Shown here piece after piece: positions 40,128-47,775 of a stretch of DNA of 64,000 nucleotides (within the stretch, counting starts at the first letter, position 1; every line of letters starts with the position of its first letter). The notes below the pieces were generated by a model. The model saw nothing but the letters and a program-made list of their open reading frames with translations, was not told where the DNA came from and made no database searches. Location: positions 20,283 through 84,282 of the forward strand of contig DATGFX010000086.1 in NCBI GenBank assembly GCA_035308825.1, in the 5' to 3' direction. The DNA is from Terracidiphilus sp. Its GTDB lineage: Bacteria; Acidobacteriota; Terriglobia; Terriglobales; Acidobacteriaceae. Position numbers and translations under genes: made by a program.

Positions 40128-40865
40128 GTGCCGACGGCTTCCCAAGCCAAGCGAATCGTGAAGGTTTTCCGTCACCCCGGGGTGGTGCGCGCCACGCACT
40201 GGCTGACCTTCGTCGCGTTCATCGGGTTGTTGATTTCGGGCGGCGAGATCGTGATCCCGCATCCGCGCTTCTATTGGGGCGAGGTGGGGAACGTGAACAC
40301 GAAACCGTTGTTCGTGGTGCCGATTCCGGCGAGCCGCGATACCGTTCCGACCAGCTATCACTACGTACTCACCGACGAAAACGGATGGGGCCGGGAGCTG
40401 CATTTTGAAGCGGCATGGCTGGTGGTGCTCACGGGGCTGGTGTATGGGATTTACGGCCTGGCGAGCGGGCATTTCAGAAAGCGTCTGCTTCCCGAGCGCG
40501 GCGACTGGACGTGGCGGGCGTATTGGGATCGCATTGCGCAGTACCTGCGCCGCAAGCGGCCCGATCGCAGCGAAGAGACCTCGTATAACGTGCTGCAGAG
40601 AAGCTCGTACCTGGGAGTGATCTTCATTCTGTTTCCCCTGATGATCTGGACAGGGCTGGCGATGTCGCCGTCATTCACGGCGGTATTTCCCGCTACCGCG
40701 GCGTTGCTGGGCGGACGGCAGTCGGCGCGCACCATTCACTTCTTTGCTTCGTGGCTGCTGCTGTTTTTTCTGATTGTGCATGTGACGATGGTGAGCGTGT
40801 CGGGCTTCTGGCGGCGCATGCGGGCCATGATTACGGGATACACGCGAAGTTCCGAGGAGGACTGA
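40128..40865 (+). CDS. Cytochrome b/b6 domain membrane protein (Ni/Fe-hydrogenase cyt b-like; MsrQ-role candidate)
   Basis: Four TM with heme His residues (RATHW, RELHF, RTIHF, IVHV); YNVLQRSSY motif; TGATG-coupled to the molybdoenzyme. Confidence 0.88.
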   Translation: MPTASQAKRIVKVFRHPGVVRATHWLTFVAFIGLLISGGEIVIPHPRFYWGEVGNVNTKPLFVVPIPASRDTVPTSYHYVLTDENGWGRELHFEAAWLVVLTGLVYGIYGLASGHFRKRLLPERGDWTWRAYWDRIAQYLRRKRPDRSEETSYNVLQRSSYLGVIFILFPLMIWTGLAMSPSFTAVFPATAALLGGRQSARTIHFFASWLLLFFLIVHVTMVSVSGFWRRMRAMITGYTRSSEED

Positions 40866-41632
40866 TGAGCCCGTCGAAGCTGATGACGCGACGCAAGCTG
40901 ATTTCCGGAGGGGTTGCCGCGGCGGCGGGAGCCGGGGGCCTGGGAGCGGCGGACCGCATCGCGAAGCGGTGGGGGTTGATTCCGCCGGATGGCGGGGGAA
41001 TCTACGGTGCGGGCGAGACGCTGACGTACGCGTGCCAGCGCATCCTCAATGTCCACAGGCCAGCCCGGGAGTTTCCGCGCAGCATGATCTCGAAGAACCC
41101 GTTTGCGAATGAGGTGGCGCCGCCGACTGATCCGTTCAAAAAGCTGCAGGCAGGGGGATTCAAAGATTGGCGCCTGGTGGTGGATGGAACCGTCGCGCAC
41201 CCGCTGGTGCTCTCGCTGGCAGACCTGAAGAGCCTGCCGGTGCACAGCCAGATCACCGAGGTGGCCTGCGAAGAGGGCTGGTCGTATATCGCGGAATGGA
41301 TCGGCACGCCGCTGAGCGGAGTGCTCGAAGAGGCGGGCGTGCTGCCGCAATCGCGCTACGTGGTCTACTACCCGATTGAGAAGGGACTCTGGGAGAGCAT
41401 CGACATGGCCGATGCCACGGATCCCCATACGCTGCTGACGATGGGAATGAATGATGGCGAGTTGCCGGTTGGGTTCGGCGGTCCGCTGCGCCTGCGCTTG
41501 CCGCGCCAACTTGGGTACAAGAGCCTGAAGTACCTGACCCACATCACGGTGACGGACAACATCAGGAAGTTCGGCAACGGACAGGGTTCGGTCGATCCCG
41601 ACTACGGGTATTCGTGGTACGCGGGAATCTGA
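40865..41632 (+). CDS. Molybdopterin-dependent oxidoreductase, sulfite oxidase/MsrP-like, Tat-exported
   Basis: Start ATG 40865 overlapping upstream TGA; twin-Arg TRRKLI; WRLVVDG.V, VACEEGWS (Mo-Cys), GGPLRLRLPRQLGYKSLKYL. Confidence 0.9.
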   Translation: MSPSKLMTRRKLISGGVAAAAGAGGLGAADRIAKRWGLIPPDGGGIYGAGETLTYACQRILNVHRPAREFPRSMISKNPFANEVAPPTDPFKKLQAGGFKDWRLVVDGTVAHPLVLSLADLKSLPVHSQITEVACEEGWSYIAEWIGTPLSGVLEEAGVLPQSRYVVYYPIEKGLWESIDMADATDPHTLLTMGMNDGELPVGFGGPLRLRLPRQLGYKSLKYLTHITVTDNIRKFGNGQGSVDPDYGYSWYAGI

Positions 41633-41745
41633 CGGGAAGACGCAGGAGAGAGCACGCTTCCCATGGCCGCAGAACCAGCGGGATCTAATCCGAGTGGTGC
41701 TGGATCACAGCGGTTGAAGATTCTGGGCTTGGGTTTTGCCGCGCT

Positions 41746-41788
41746 CGTGACCCATGTCACACAGCTAACGTCCAGTCCGGAATAGAAT
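41746..41788 (+). promoter_or_regulatory. CRP/FNR-family box plus -10 (class II geometry)
   Basis: CGTGA-cccatg-TCACA (41746-41761, 9/10 to TGTGA-N6-TCACA); TAGAAT at 41783-41788; box centre about 41.5 nt upstream of the predicted +1; no good -35. Confidence 0.55.
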
Positions 41789-41795
41789 CGGTGTC

Positions 41796-42152
41796 GTGAA
41801 GCTGCACGGCAATCTTCGTCTGCGCATCGTCTTGATTGTTGCGCTGTGTGCGGCCTTCGCTGCCACTCCCGCGCTTGCCGAATACATCGCTTCGGTGCAG
41901 ACCGCGTGCCGCGGTCAGATGCCGTGCTGCCCCGTCTCAAGCGGCGAAATTGGCTGCACGCATCCGCAGTGCGGAGTTGTTGCCCGCCTGCATGCGGAAC
42001 TGGTGACGACGATCCCCGCAAGGTCAGCGGTTGTTGCCGCGGATGTATTTCGCTGGATGCCGACCATCGTCCGTTCGCGCGCGCCCTTCCCGATGGCGTT
42101 CGCGCCCCATCGGCCGCCGGTTTTTCGACTTAAGGAAGATCTCAGGATTTAA
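41796..42152 (+). CDS. Putative CutF/CruR-like regulatory upstream ORF (signal peptide, Cys cluster, C-terminal Pro-Pro)
   Basis: Sec signal (RLRIVLIVALCAAFAATPALA), ACRGQMPCCP...GCTHPQC, Pro-rich end APFPMAFAPHRPPVFRLKEDLRI; no SD, GTG 7 nt after TAGAAT. Confidence 0.75.
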   Translation: MKLHGNLRLRIVLIVALCAAFAATPALAEYIASVQTACRGQMPCCPVSSGEIGCTHPQCGVVARLHAELVTTIPARSAVVAADVFRWMPTIVRSRAPFPMAFAPHRPPVFRLKEDLRI

Positions 42153-42153
42153 C

Positions 42154-42222
42154 TCTTTCGGTGTCGTGTCTCGCTTGACTTCGCGCTTCGGCGCAAGCGT
42201 TCAACGCATTTCCACCGAAAGG
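42154..42222 (+). promoter_or_regulatory. SD-sequestering stem-loop between the uORF and the Cys-rich peptide
   Basis: TCTTTCGGTG (42154-42163) pairs with CACCGAAAGG (42213-42222): 9 Watson-Crick + 1 G-U; nested GCGC-UUCG-GCGC hairpin at 42183-42194. Confidence 0.7.
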
Positions 42223-42230
42223 ATCATTCC

Positions 42231-42401
42231 ATGAAAAAGATGTTCGCTGTTTTCGTTCTCACCCTGTCTTCGCTGTCGGCACTGGCCATCACGGCCGACT
42301 GCTGCAAGCCCGGATCGAAATGCTGCGCCGGGTCCTGCTGCGCGTCGAGCTGCTGCCAGCCTGGCTCGTCCTGTTGCCAGGGCGATTGCTGCAAGAAGTA
42401 G
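42231..42401 (+). CDS. Secreted 56-aa peptide with six Cys-Cys pairs (metallothionein-like candidate)
   Basis: Below the ORF-track cutoff. MKKMFAVFVLTLSSLSALAITADCCKPGSKCCAGSCCASSCCQPGSSCCQGDCCKK*; SD AAAGGA 7 nt upstream; classic Sec signal. Confidence 0.85.
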   Translation: MKKMFAVFVLTLSSLSALAITADCCKPGSKCCAGSCCASSCCQPGSSCCQGDCCKK

Positions 42402-42411
42402 CTTCTCCCAA

Positions 42412-42445
42412 GCCGGCTCGTGCCGAGGATTTCGGCCGGGCCGGC
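42412..42445 (+). terminator. Strong hairpin after the Cys-rich peptide gene
   Basis: GCCGGCTCG-t-GCCGA-ggatt-TCGGC-CGGGCCGGC, 14-bp stem with one bulge and one G-U; poor U-tract. Confidence 0.55.
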
Positions 42446-42506
42446 CCGGCTTAACCCCAGGCATTCCGTTTCGTTGTCCAGTCTGGCAGTTGGGTTGGTC
42501 CGCGCC

Positions 42507-42512
42507 TATAAT
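42507..42512 (+). promoter_or_regulatory. Consensus -10 TATAAT, leaderless-type spacing
   Basis: TATAAT ends 6 nt before ATG 42519; no SD. Confidence 0.6.
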
Positions 42513-42518
42513 CGCCGC

Positions 42519-44825
42519 ATGACTTTCCTAGGGGACCCCCGACGGCGCACCATTGCCTTGCTCGGCACGGGTGCGTTGTTGATTCTTGCCCTGCTGGGAG
42601 GTCTGCAGGCCTTCAATACTTCCAACGTCCGCTATCTGAATCCCGAAACAGCCGGAGAAACGCTGGCGTTTACCGGCCTTACGGTGATTGTTTTTCTGCT
42701 GTTGATGGTGCTTCTGCTGCTGCTGCTCAGGAACATTCTGAAGATTTATGCCGATCAGAGCAGCAGCGCGCTGGGAGCACGATTGCGGACACGCATGGTG
42801 CTGGGAGCGGTGTTGATCGCGCTCGCGCCAGCGGTATTCATGTTCTTATTCAGCTTCCAGCTGATGAATCGCTCGATCGACCGCTGGTTCTCGCCGAACA
42901 CGTCGGAACTGCGGGAAGACTCCACCCGAGTGGTGCTGGAACTGGCACAATACGTCACCAGCAACGCGCGCGGTGAAGCGGAATCGATTGCTGCCACGGG
43001 AGCGCCGGACGGCGACCCGGCCATGCTGCATAACGTGCTTGGATCGCATCGCATCACGCTCGATGGCGGTTTTGCCATCGTTTTTGACAAAGACCGTCAT
43101 GTGATTGCCAGCTACCTCGCGCCTGCTGAAACCAGCCCGGCAAACCTTATTCCGTGGATGCCCGATCGCAGCGATAGCGGCGGCAGCGTGACCGAGATTC
43201 CTTTATCGGGACCGCTTTCGGGCAACATCCTGAGTGCCGCGCAGCGCAACGATGAGCCGATCCTCCGCATTGGCGGACAGGACTACGCGCTGGGCATGTC
43301 GGCTACGAACTCCGGCAAGATGGTGGTTGCGGCTCTGCCGATGCCCCAGGGGCTGAGCCAGACGACCACGCGGATTCGAGAGGGCGCTGCCGCCTACTGG
43401 GATCTTTTCCGCACGCGGCGGCAGATACGAAACACCTTCTTTCTGCTGCTGCTGCTGATCACGGTGGTGGTGTTCTTTTCGAGCGTGTGGCTGGCGTTGT
43501 TTCTGTCAAAGCAGATCACGCGTCCGGTGGAGGCGCTTGCGGACGCTATGGATGAGATTTCTGCCGGAAAATACAATCACCGGGTCGCGCTGGCCACCAC
43601 GGGAGAGATGGCCGAACTGGTGCGGTCGTTCAATCACATGGCGGCGGATCTCGAGGCCACGCGGCAGCTGGCAGAGACGTCGTCGGCGCAGCTTACGGCG
43701 GCGAACCTTGCGCTCGAGGAGCGACGCCGGGAACTCGAAACGATTGTGGAGACGATTCCGAGCGGCGTGGTCACGCTGGATGCTTCGGGGCATGTTCTGC
43801 AGGCCAACCGGGCATTTGCCGTGCTGATGGGGCGGCCGGAAGACGCGGGACTTCGCGGCGAGAAGCTGGATGGGCTGATTCCGGCGGAGTGCCTGGAGGA
43901 ATTGGCGGGCATCATTCGACGAGGGCAGCGCATGGGCGCCGCTTCGACGGAGATGGAATTCCGGGTGCGGGGCCGCATCATGCACCTCGCGGTCACGAGC
44001 GCCCGGCTGGAACTGTTGCACGGGAAGGCCGGCACGGTGCTGGTGGTCGAAGATACATCGGAACTGCTGCGCGCCCAGCGCCAACTTGCCTGGAAGGAAG
44101 TGGCGCAGCGTGTTGCGCATGAAATCAAGAATCCGCTTACGCCGATTGCTCTCTCGGCGGAGCGGATTGGACGCCATCTTGACCGCAGCCTGCCCGATTC
44201 GCCGGCGGTGATCCGGAAGTGCAGCGAGGTGATTCTGAGTTGCGTTTCGACGCTGCGGACCCTGGTGGACCAGTTCTCAGCACTTGCGCAGTTCCCGGCC
44301 CCGCAGCCGCGCGCCTGCGACATGAACCAGATTGCCGATGAAGCGCTGGCGCTGTTTGCGGGCCGGCTGGACGGGATCACCGTACGCCGCAACCTGGAAC
44401 CCGGCTTGCCCATGGTGCTTGCGGATCCCGAGGCTATTCGTCGCGCTCTCGCCAATCTTATCGACAACGCGGCTGAGGCCATGCAGGGCAGCTTGCTGCG
44501 GGTGCTTGACGTTCGCAGCGGCCTGATTGAGGACGGCGGGGCCATCGAGATCGCCGTTGCCGACACGGGTCATGGCCTGACCGATGAAATTCGCGAGCGC
44601 CTCTTTCTGCCGTTTTACTCGACGAAACAGCGGGGCACGGGGCTCGGTCTTTCGATTGCGGCCAAGATTGTGCAGGAGCACGGCGGCTCGCTTCGGGCCG
44701 AGAGCAACAGTCCCAAGGGCGCTCGCTTTCTGATGCGTCTGCCGCTGATGGAGCAGCCCGCTCCCAGCGCATCGGACAAGCCTGAATCGGATACTCCCGC
44801 TCCTGTCACGGGAGCCAGCCGGTGA
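42519..44825 (+). CDS. NtrY-like HAMP/PAS sensor histidine kinase
   Basis: Start moved to ATG 42519; three N-terminal TM, SIDRWFS, HAMP, PAS, AWKEVAQRVAHEIKNPLTPI.LSAER, N box NLIDNA, DTGHG, GTGLGLSI. Confidence 0.92.
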   Translation: MTFLGDPRRRTIALLGTGALLILALLGGLQAFNTSNVRYLNPETAGETLAFTGLTVIVFLLLMVLLLLLLRNILKIYADQSSSALGARLRTRMVLGAVLIALAPAVFMFLFSFQLMNRSIDRWFSPNTSELREDSTRVVLELAQYVTSNARGEAESIAATGAPDGDPAMLHNVLGSHRITLDGGFAIVFDKDRHVIASYLAPAETSPANLIPWMPDRSDSGGSVTEIPLSGPLSGNILSAAQRNDEPILRIGGQDYALGMSATNSGKMVVAALPMPQGLSQTTTRIREGAAAYWDLFRTRRQIRNTFFLLLLLITVVVFFSSVWLALFLSKQITRPVEALADAMDEISAGKYNHRVALATTGEMAELVRSFNHMAADLEATRQLAETSSAQLTAANLALEERRRELETIVETIPSGVVTLDASGHVLQANRAFAVLMGRPEDAGLRGEKLDGLIPAECLEELAGIIRRGQRMGAASTEMEFRVRGRIMHLAVTSARLELLHGKAGTVLVVEDTSELLRAQRQLAWKEVAQRVAHEIKNPLTPIALSAERIGRHLDRSLPDSPAVIRKCSEVILSCVSTLRTLVDQFSALAQFPAPQPRACDMNQIADEALALFAGRLDGITVRRNLEPGLPMVLADPEAIRRALANLIDNAAEAMQGSLLRVLDVRSGLIEDGGAIEIAVADTGHGLTDEIRERLFLPFYSTKQRGTGLGLSIAAKIVQEHGGSLRAESNSPKGARFLMRLPLMEQPAPSASDKPESDTPAPVTGASR

Positions 44826-46177
44826 ATCACGTCCTGGTGGTGGACGACGAAGCAGAAATTCGCGAGTCCCTCGAGGAGATCCTTCGCGAAGAAGGGTACG
44901 GCGTTGCATCGGCGGCCACTTCAGCCGAGGCCCTAGTCCTGGTAGAAGACACGCCGTATGACGTTGTCCTGCTTGATATCTGGCTGCCCGATCGCGACGG
45001 CCTCGATGTGCTCGGCGACATTCACAGCCTTGCCGCAGAAATGCGTCCGGAAGTGATCATCATCTCGGGTCATGGGACGATCGAAACCGCGGTGAAGGCG
45101 ACGAAGCTGGGCGCATTCGATTTTCTGGAAAAGCCGCTGTCGCTGGAGCGAACCCTCATTGTTGTGAAGAATGCGGTTGAGGCGCGGCGCCTCCGGACGG
45201 AGAACCAGGAGTTCAAGCGCCAATTCGGTGTGGGATCGGTTTTGACGGGAGAAAGCGTGCCCGCCAAGGCGCTGCGGCAGCAGATCCGCCTGATGGCGCC
45301 TACCAATGGACGGGTTCTGATCTATGGAGAGTCGGGCACCGGCAAGGAGCTGATTGCCCGGGCTATTCACGCCGAGAGCCAGCGCCGGGATCGCGTTTTT
45401 GTGGAACTGAACTGCGCGGCCATTCCCGAGGACCATATCGAGGCGGAGCTTTTCGGGTACCGGCATGGCGTGCAGCCCGGCGGACCCACGGAGCAGCGCG
45501 GCACGCTCGAACGCGCGGATGAAGGATCGCTCTACCTCGATGAGGTTGGCGACATGAGCCTGAAGACGCAGGCAAAGGTGCTGAGCGCGCTTGACGATCA
45601 GTTGTTCACACCCGTCGGAGGCACTCAGCCGCTGCGCGTGGATGTGCGCCTGATCGCATCGACCAATAAGGACCTCGAGGAGGAGATTGCAAAGGGCAAC
45701 TTCAGAGAGGATTTGTTTTACCGTCTCAACGTGGTGCCCTTTTTTGTGCCCCCCTTGCGGGAGCGCAAGGAGGATATTCCTCCGCTGGTGCGGGAGTTTC
45801 TCGCTGAGTTTGGGCGGCAATACGGCCGGCCCAGGATGGAGATCAGCGAGGAAGCGCTGGCGACGCTGTCGCGTTATCACTGGCCGGGAAACGTAAGAGA
45901 ACTGAAAAACGTGATCGAGCGCGTGCTGATTCTCAATCCACGCGTGCTGCGCATTGAGCGCAAGCACCTGCCGCCGCTCACGCACAAGGCAGGCTCGCGT
46001 TCGACCGAAGATTTTTCAACCTTGCAGCAGGCGCGGGATGCCTACGAGCGCGAATACATCCTGAAGAAGATTGAAGAGGCGCGGAACAACATGAGCCGCG
46101 CGGCCGAGCTGCTCGGCCTGGAGCGCAGCCATCTCTACCGGAAGATGAAGACCCTCGGAATCAGCGTGCGCGAGTAG
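44822..46177 (+). CDS. NtrX-like response regulator (REC, AAA+, Fis-type HTH)
   Basis: VVDDE, LLDIWLP, GESGTGKE, LYLDEVGDM, FREDLFYRLNV, WPGNVRELKN, HTH AAELLGLERSHLYRKMK; GTGA overlap with the kinase. Confidence 0.94.
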   Translation: MNHVLVVDDEAEIRESLEEILREEGYGVASAATSAEALVLVEDTPYDVVLLDIWLPDRDGLDVLGDIHSLAAEMRPEVIIISGHGTIETAVKATKLGAFDFLEKPLSLERTLIVVKNAVEARRLRTENQEFKRQFGVGSVLTGESVPAKALRQQIRLMAPTNGRVLIYGESGTGKELIARAIHAESQRRDRVFVELNCAAIPEDHIEAELFGYRHGVQPGGPTEQRGTLERADEGSLYLDEVGDMSLKTQAKVLSALDDQLFTPVGGTQPLRVDVRLIASTNKDLEEEIAKGNFREDLFYRLNVVPFFVPPLRERKEDIPPLVREFLAEFGRQYGRPRMEISEEALATLSRYHWPGNVRELKNVIERVLILNPRVLRIERKHLPPLTHKAGSRSTEDFSTLQQARDAYEREYILKKIEEARNNMSRAAELLGLERSHLYRKMKTLGISVRE

Positions 46178-46239
46178 CTCAGGCGGTTTTTCGCGCGAAA
46201 GGCCGGCCAAGATCGAGAGGCGTTTCAAGCGCCGCGGGA

Positions 46240-46944
46240 TTATGCGCGCTGCGCCCTGTCGGAGGTTCGCCGCCCATAGAGGTTCACGCGCCGATCTCCA
46301 CGGTTGACGCGCCGGTCGGAGCCGTTCATCTCGGTCGGGAGCACGATGGGGGTGACTTTTGAGGAGGGCGAGGACCGTTGCCCGCCTGCAAAATCCGCCG
46401 CGGTCGGCATCCTTCCGTTGGTCAGCAATCGGTTCAGCACGGGGATGCTGGTGCGCTGGGTCTCGACAAAATCGACGCCGTCGGCGGTGAGCGTGAAGTC
46501 GGAATTGTCGGCTCGGGTGATGAATCCCTTCTTGACCAGGTACCAGGTTGTGAAGTCGAGGTAGTCGCGGGGAAACCCCATTCGCTTCTCGATCTCAGCC
46601 AACGACACCTCGGGTACTCGCGGGTTCTCGCGACGACGGAAGTAGAGAACCGCGAGAACCGCCAGCCGCCGGTTCAATTCACCGTCGACCGTGTCCATGA
46701 AATCGACAGTCGACGATAGGGGAGTGAACTGACTCATCTCCCGGATACGGGTGGCGTTGTACTCGGCGCGTCGGATGGGATTCGACAGCACATCGTAGGC
46801 CTGCTTCAGGGTACGAAAAGCTTCTGCATCTCCCGAATCGGGATTGTCCGGGTGCAGTCTCGCCGCCAGAAATCGATAGACGCGATGGATGGTGTCAGCG
46901 TCGGCGTGCGGGCTGATCTGCAGGAACTCGTAGTAATCAAACAT
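46240..46944 (-). CDS. J-domain (DnaJ) protein with C-terminal winged-helix-like domain
   Basis: Start ATG 46944 (MFDYYEFLQIS); HPD motif (ARLHPDN), LKQAYDVLSNP.RRAEYN; C-terminal LAEIEKRMGF...WYLVKKGFITR. Confidence 0.85.
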   Translation of the reverse strand: MFDYYEFLQISPHADADTIHRVYRFLAARLHPDNPDSGDAEAFRTLKQAYDVLSNPIRRAEYNATRIREMSQFTPLSSTVDFMDTVDGELNRRLAVLAVLYFRRRENPRVPEVSLAEIEKRMGFPRDYLDFTTWYLVKKGFITRADNSDFTLTADGVDFVETQRTSIPVLNRLLTNGRMPTAADFAGGQRSSPSSKVTPIVLPTEMNGSDRRVNRGDRRVNLYGRRTSDRAQRA

Positions 46945-47307
46945 TCCCAGATCCTCGTTGGGGGGAAGAATCGATTGACAGAACGGACCTGCTAGGGGGG
47001 TGGTTGGATTGTAACCGGGATTGGCCCATTTGGGAAATGTGAGTTCACGCAAAGTCTATCGCAAAATCGTCATGTTTTGATCAGGTGTCAGGCGGCAATC
47101 GTCGCCGGAGCAGGACCCGGGGGCGCGGATGGATGTACAGGAACGGACGCTTCGAGGAGAAAGCGCTCAGTTGCATGGATGCGCGCTGCGAACGCCGATT
47201 GGAACATCTATTTTGAAATGAGCTGGTTGCGCCTCGGCGGGCAGTCGTCACATTTGGTGTGCAAATTGCATCTGATTGTGCCAAAGTGGTTTGCGTGGAG
47301 GCTTGCC

Positions 47308-47754
47308 ATGGCTTATTTCGAACGGGTCCGTGATACGGTGTCGGCCCCGATGAGTCCGGACATTATCCGCCAGCGCACCGCGGCAGGGTGGCAAATGATG
47401 TCGATCGAGTGGCGCCGCGAATTGCCTGATTCGGAAACACCCTCGGAAGGCGCATTCAACGAAGACATTCCTTACGGGCTGAGGATCTCGGACGACTGCA
47501 AGCGGCTGGAGGTCGATGCCCACGAAAACCAGGTGCTGCTGCTGATGATGGACCTGCTGGCCCAGGACTTTTCGTATTCGAGTATTGTGAGCGACCTGAA
47601 CGAGAAGGGCTTCCGCACCCGCGAGGGGAAGCCGTGGAGCCGGATCGCGGTGTTTAACATGATGCCCCGGCTGATCGAAGTCGGGCCGCGGATCTTTTCG
47701 AGCCGGGAGTGGGAGAAGCGCCGGATCAAGATCCTTCGCCGCGAAGCGCCGTGA
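47308..47754 (+). CDS. Stand-alone recombinase DNA-binding domain protein (no catalytic domain)
   Basis: ATG 47308 with GGAGG; IPYGL, SIVSDLNEKGFRTREGKPWS..AV match the large serine recombinase 'Recombinase' domain. Confidence 0.75.
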   Translation: MAYFERVRDTVSAPMSPDIIRQRTAAGWQMMSIEWRRELPDSETPSEGAFNEDIPYGLRISDDCKRLEVDAHENQVLLLMMDLLAQDFSYSSIVSDLNEKGFRTREGKPWSRIAVFNMMPRLIEVGPRIFSSREWEKRRIKILRREAP

Positions 47755-47775
47755 GGCGACGGATCTGATGGGAGT

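Noticed and set aside
41671-41793. 40-aa ORF MAAEPAGSNP...SSPE after the molybdoenzyme
   Set aside because: SD-like AGGAG is about 14 nt away and the ORF overlaps the predicted promoter of the uORF.
42435-42450. Perfect 16-bp palindrome GCCGGGCCGGCCCGGC as an operator
   Set aside because: All-GC and explained as part of the 3' hairpin; not separately supportable.
42201-42464. 87-aa minus-strand ORF over the Cys-rich peptide
   Set aside because: Antisense shadow; the plus-strand peptide has SD, signal peptide and patterned Cys.
47308-47754. Integrative element or prophage around the recombinase-like gene
   Set aside because: No catalytic domain, att sites, transposase or phage genes nearby.
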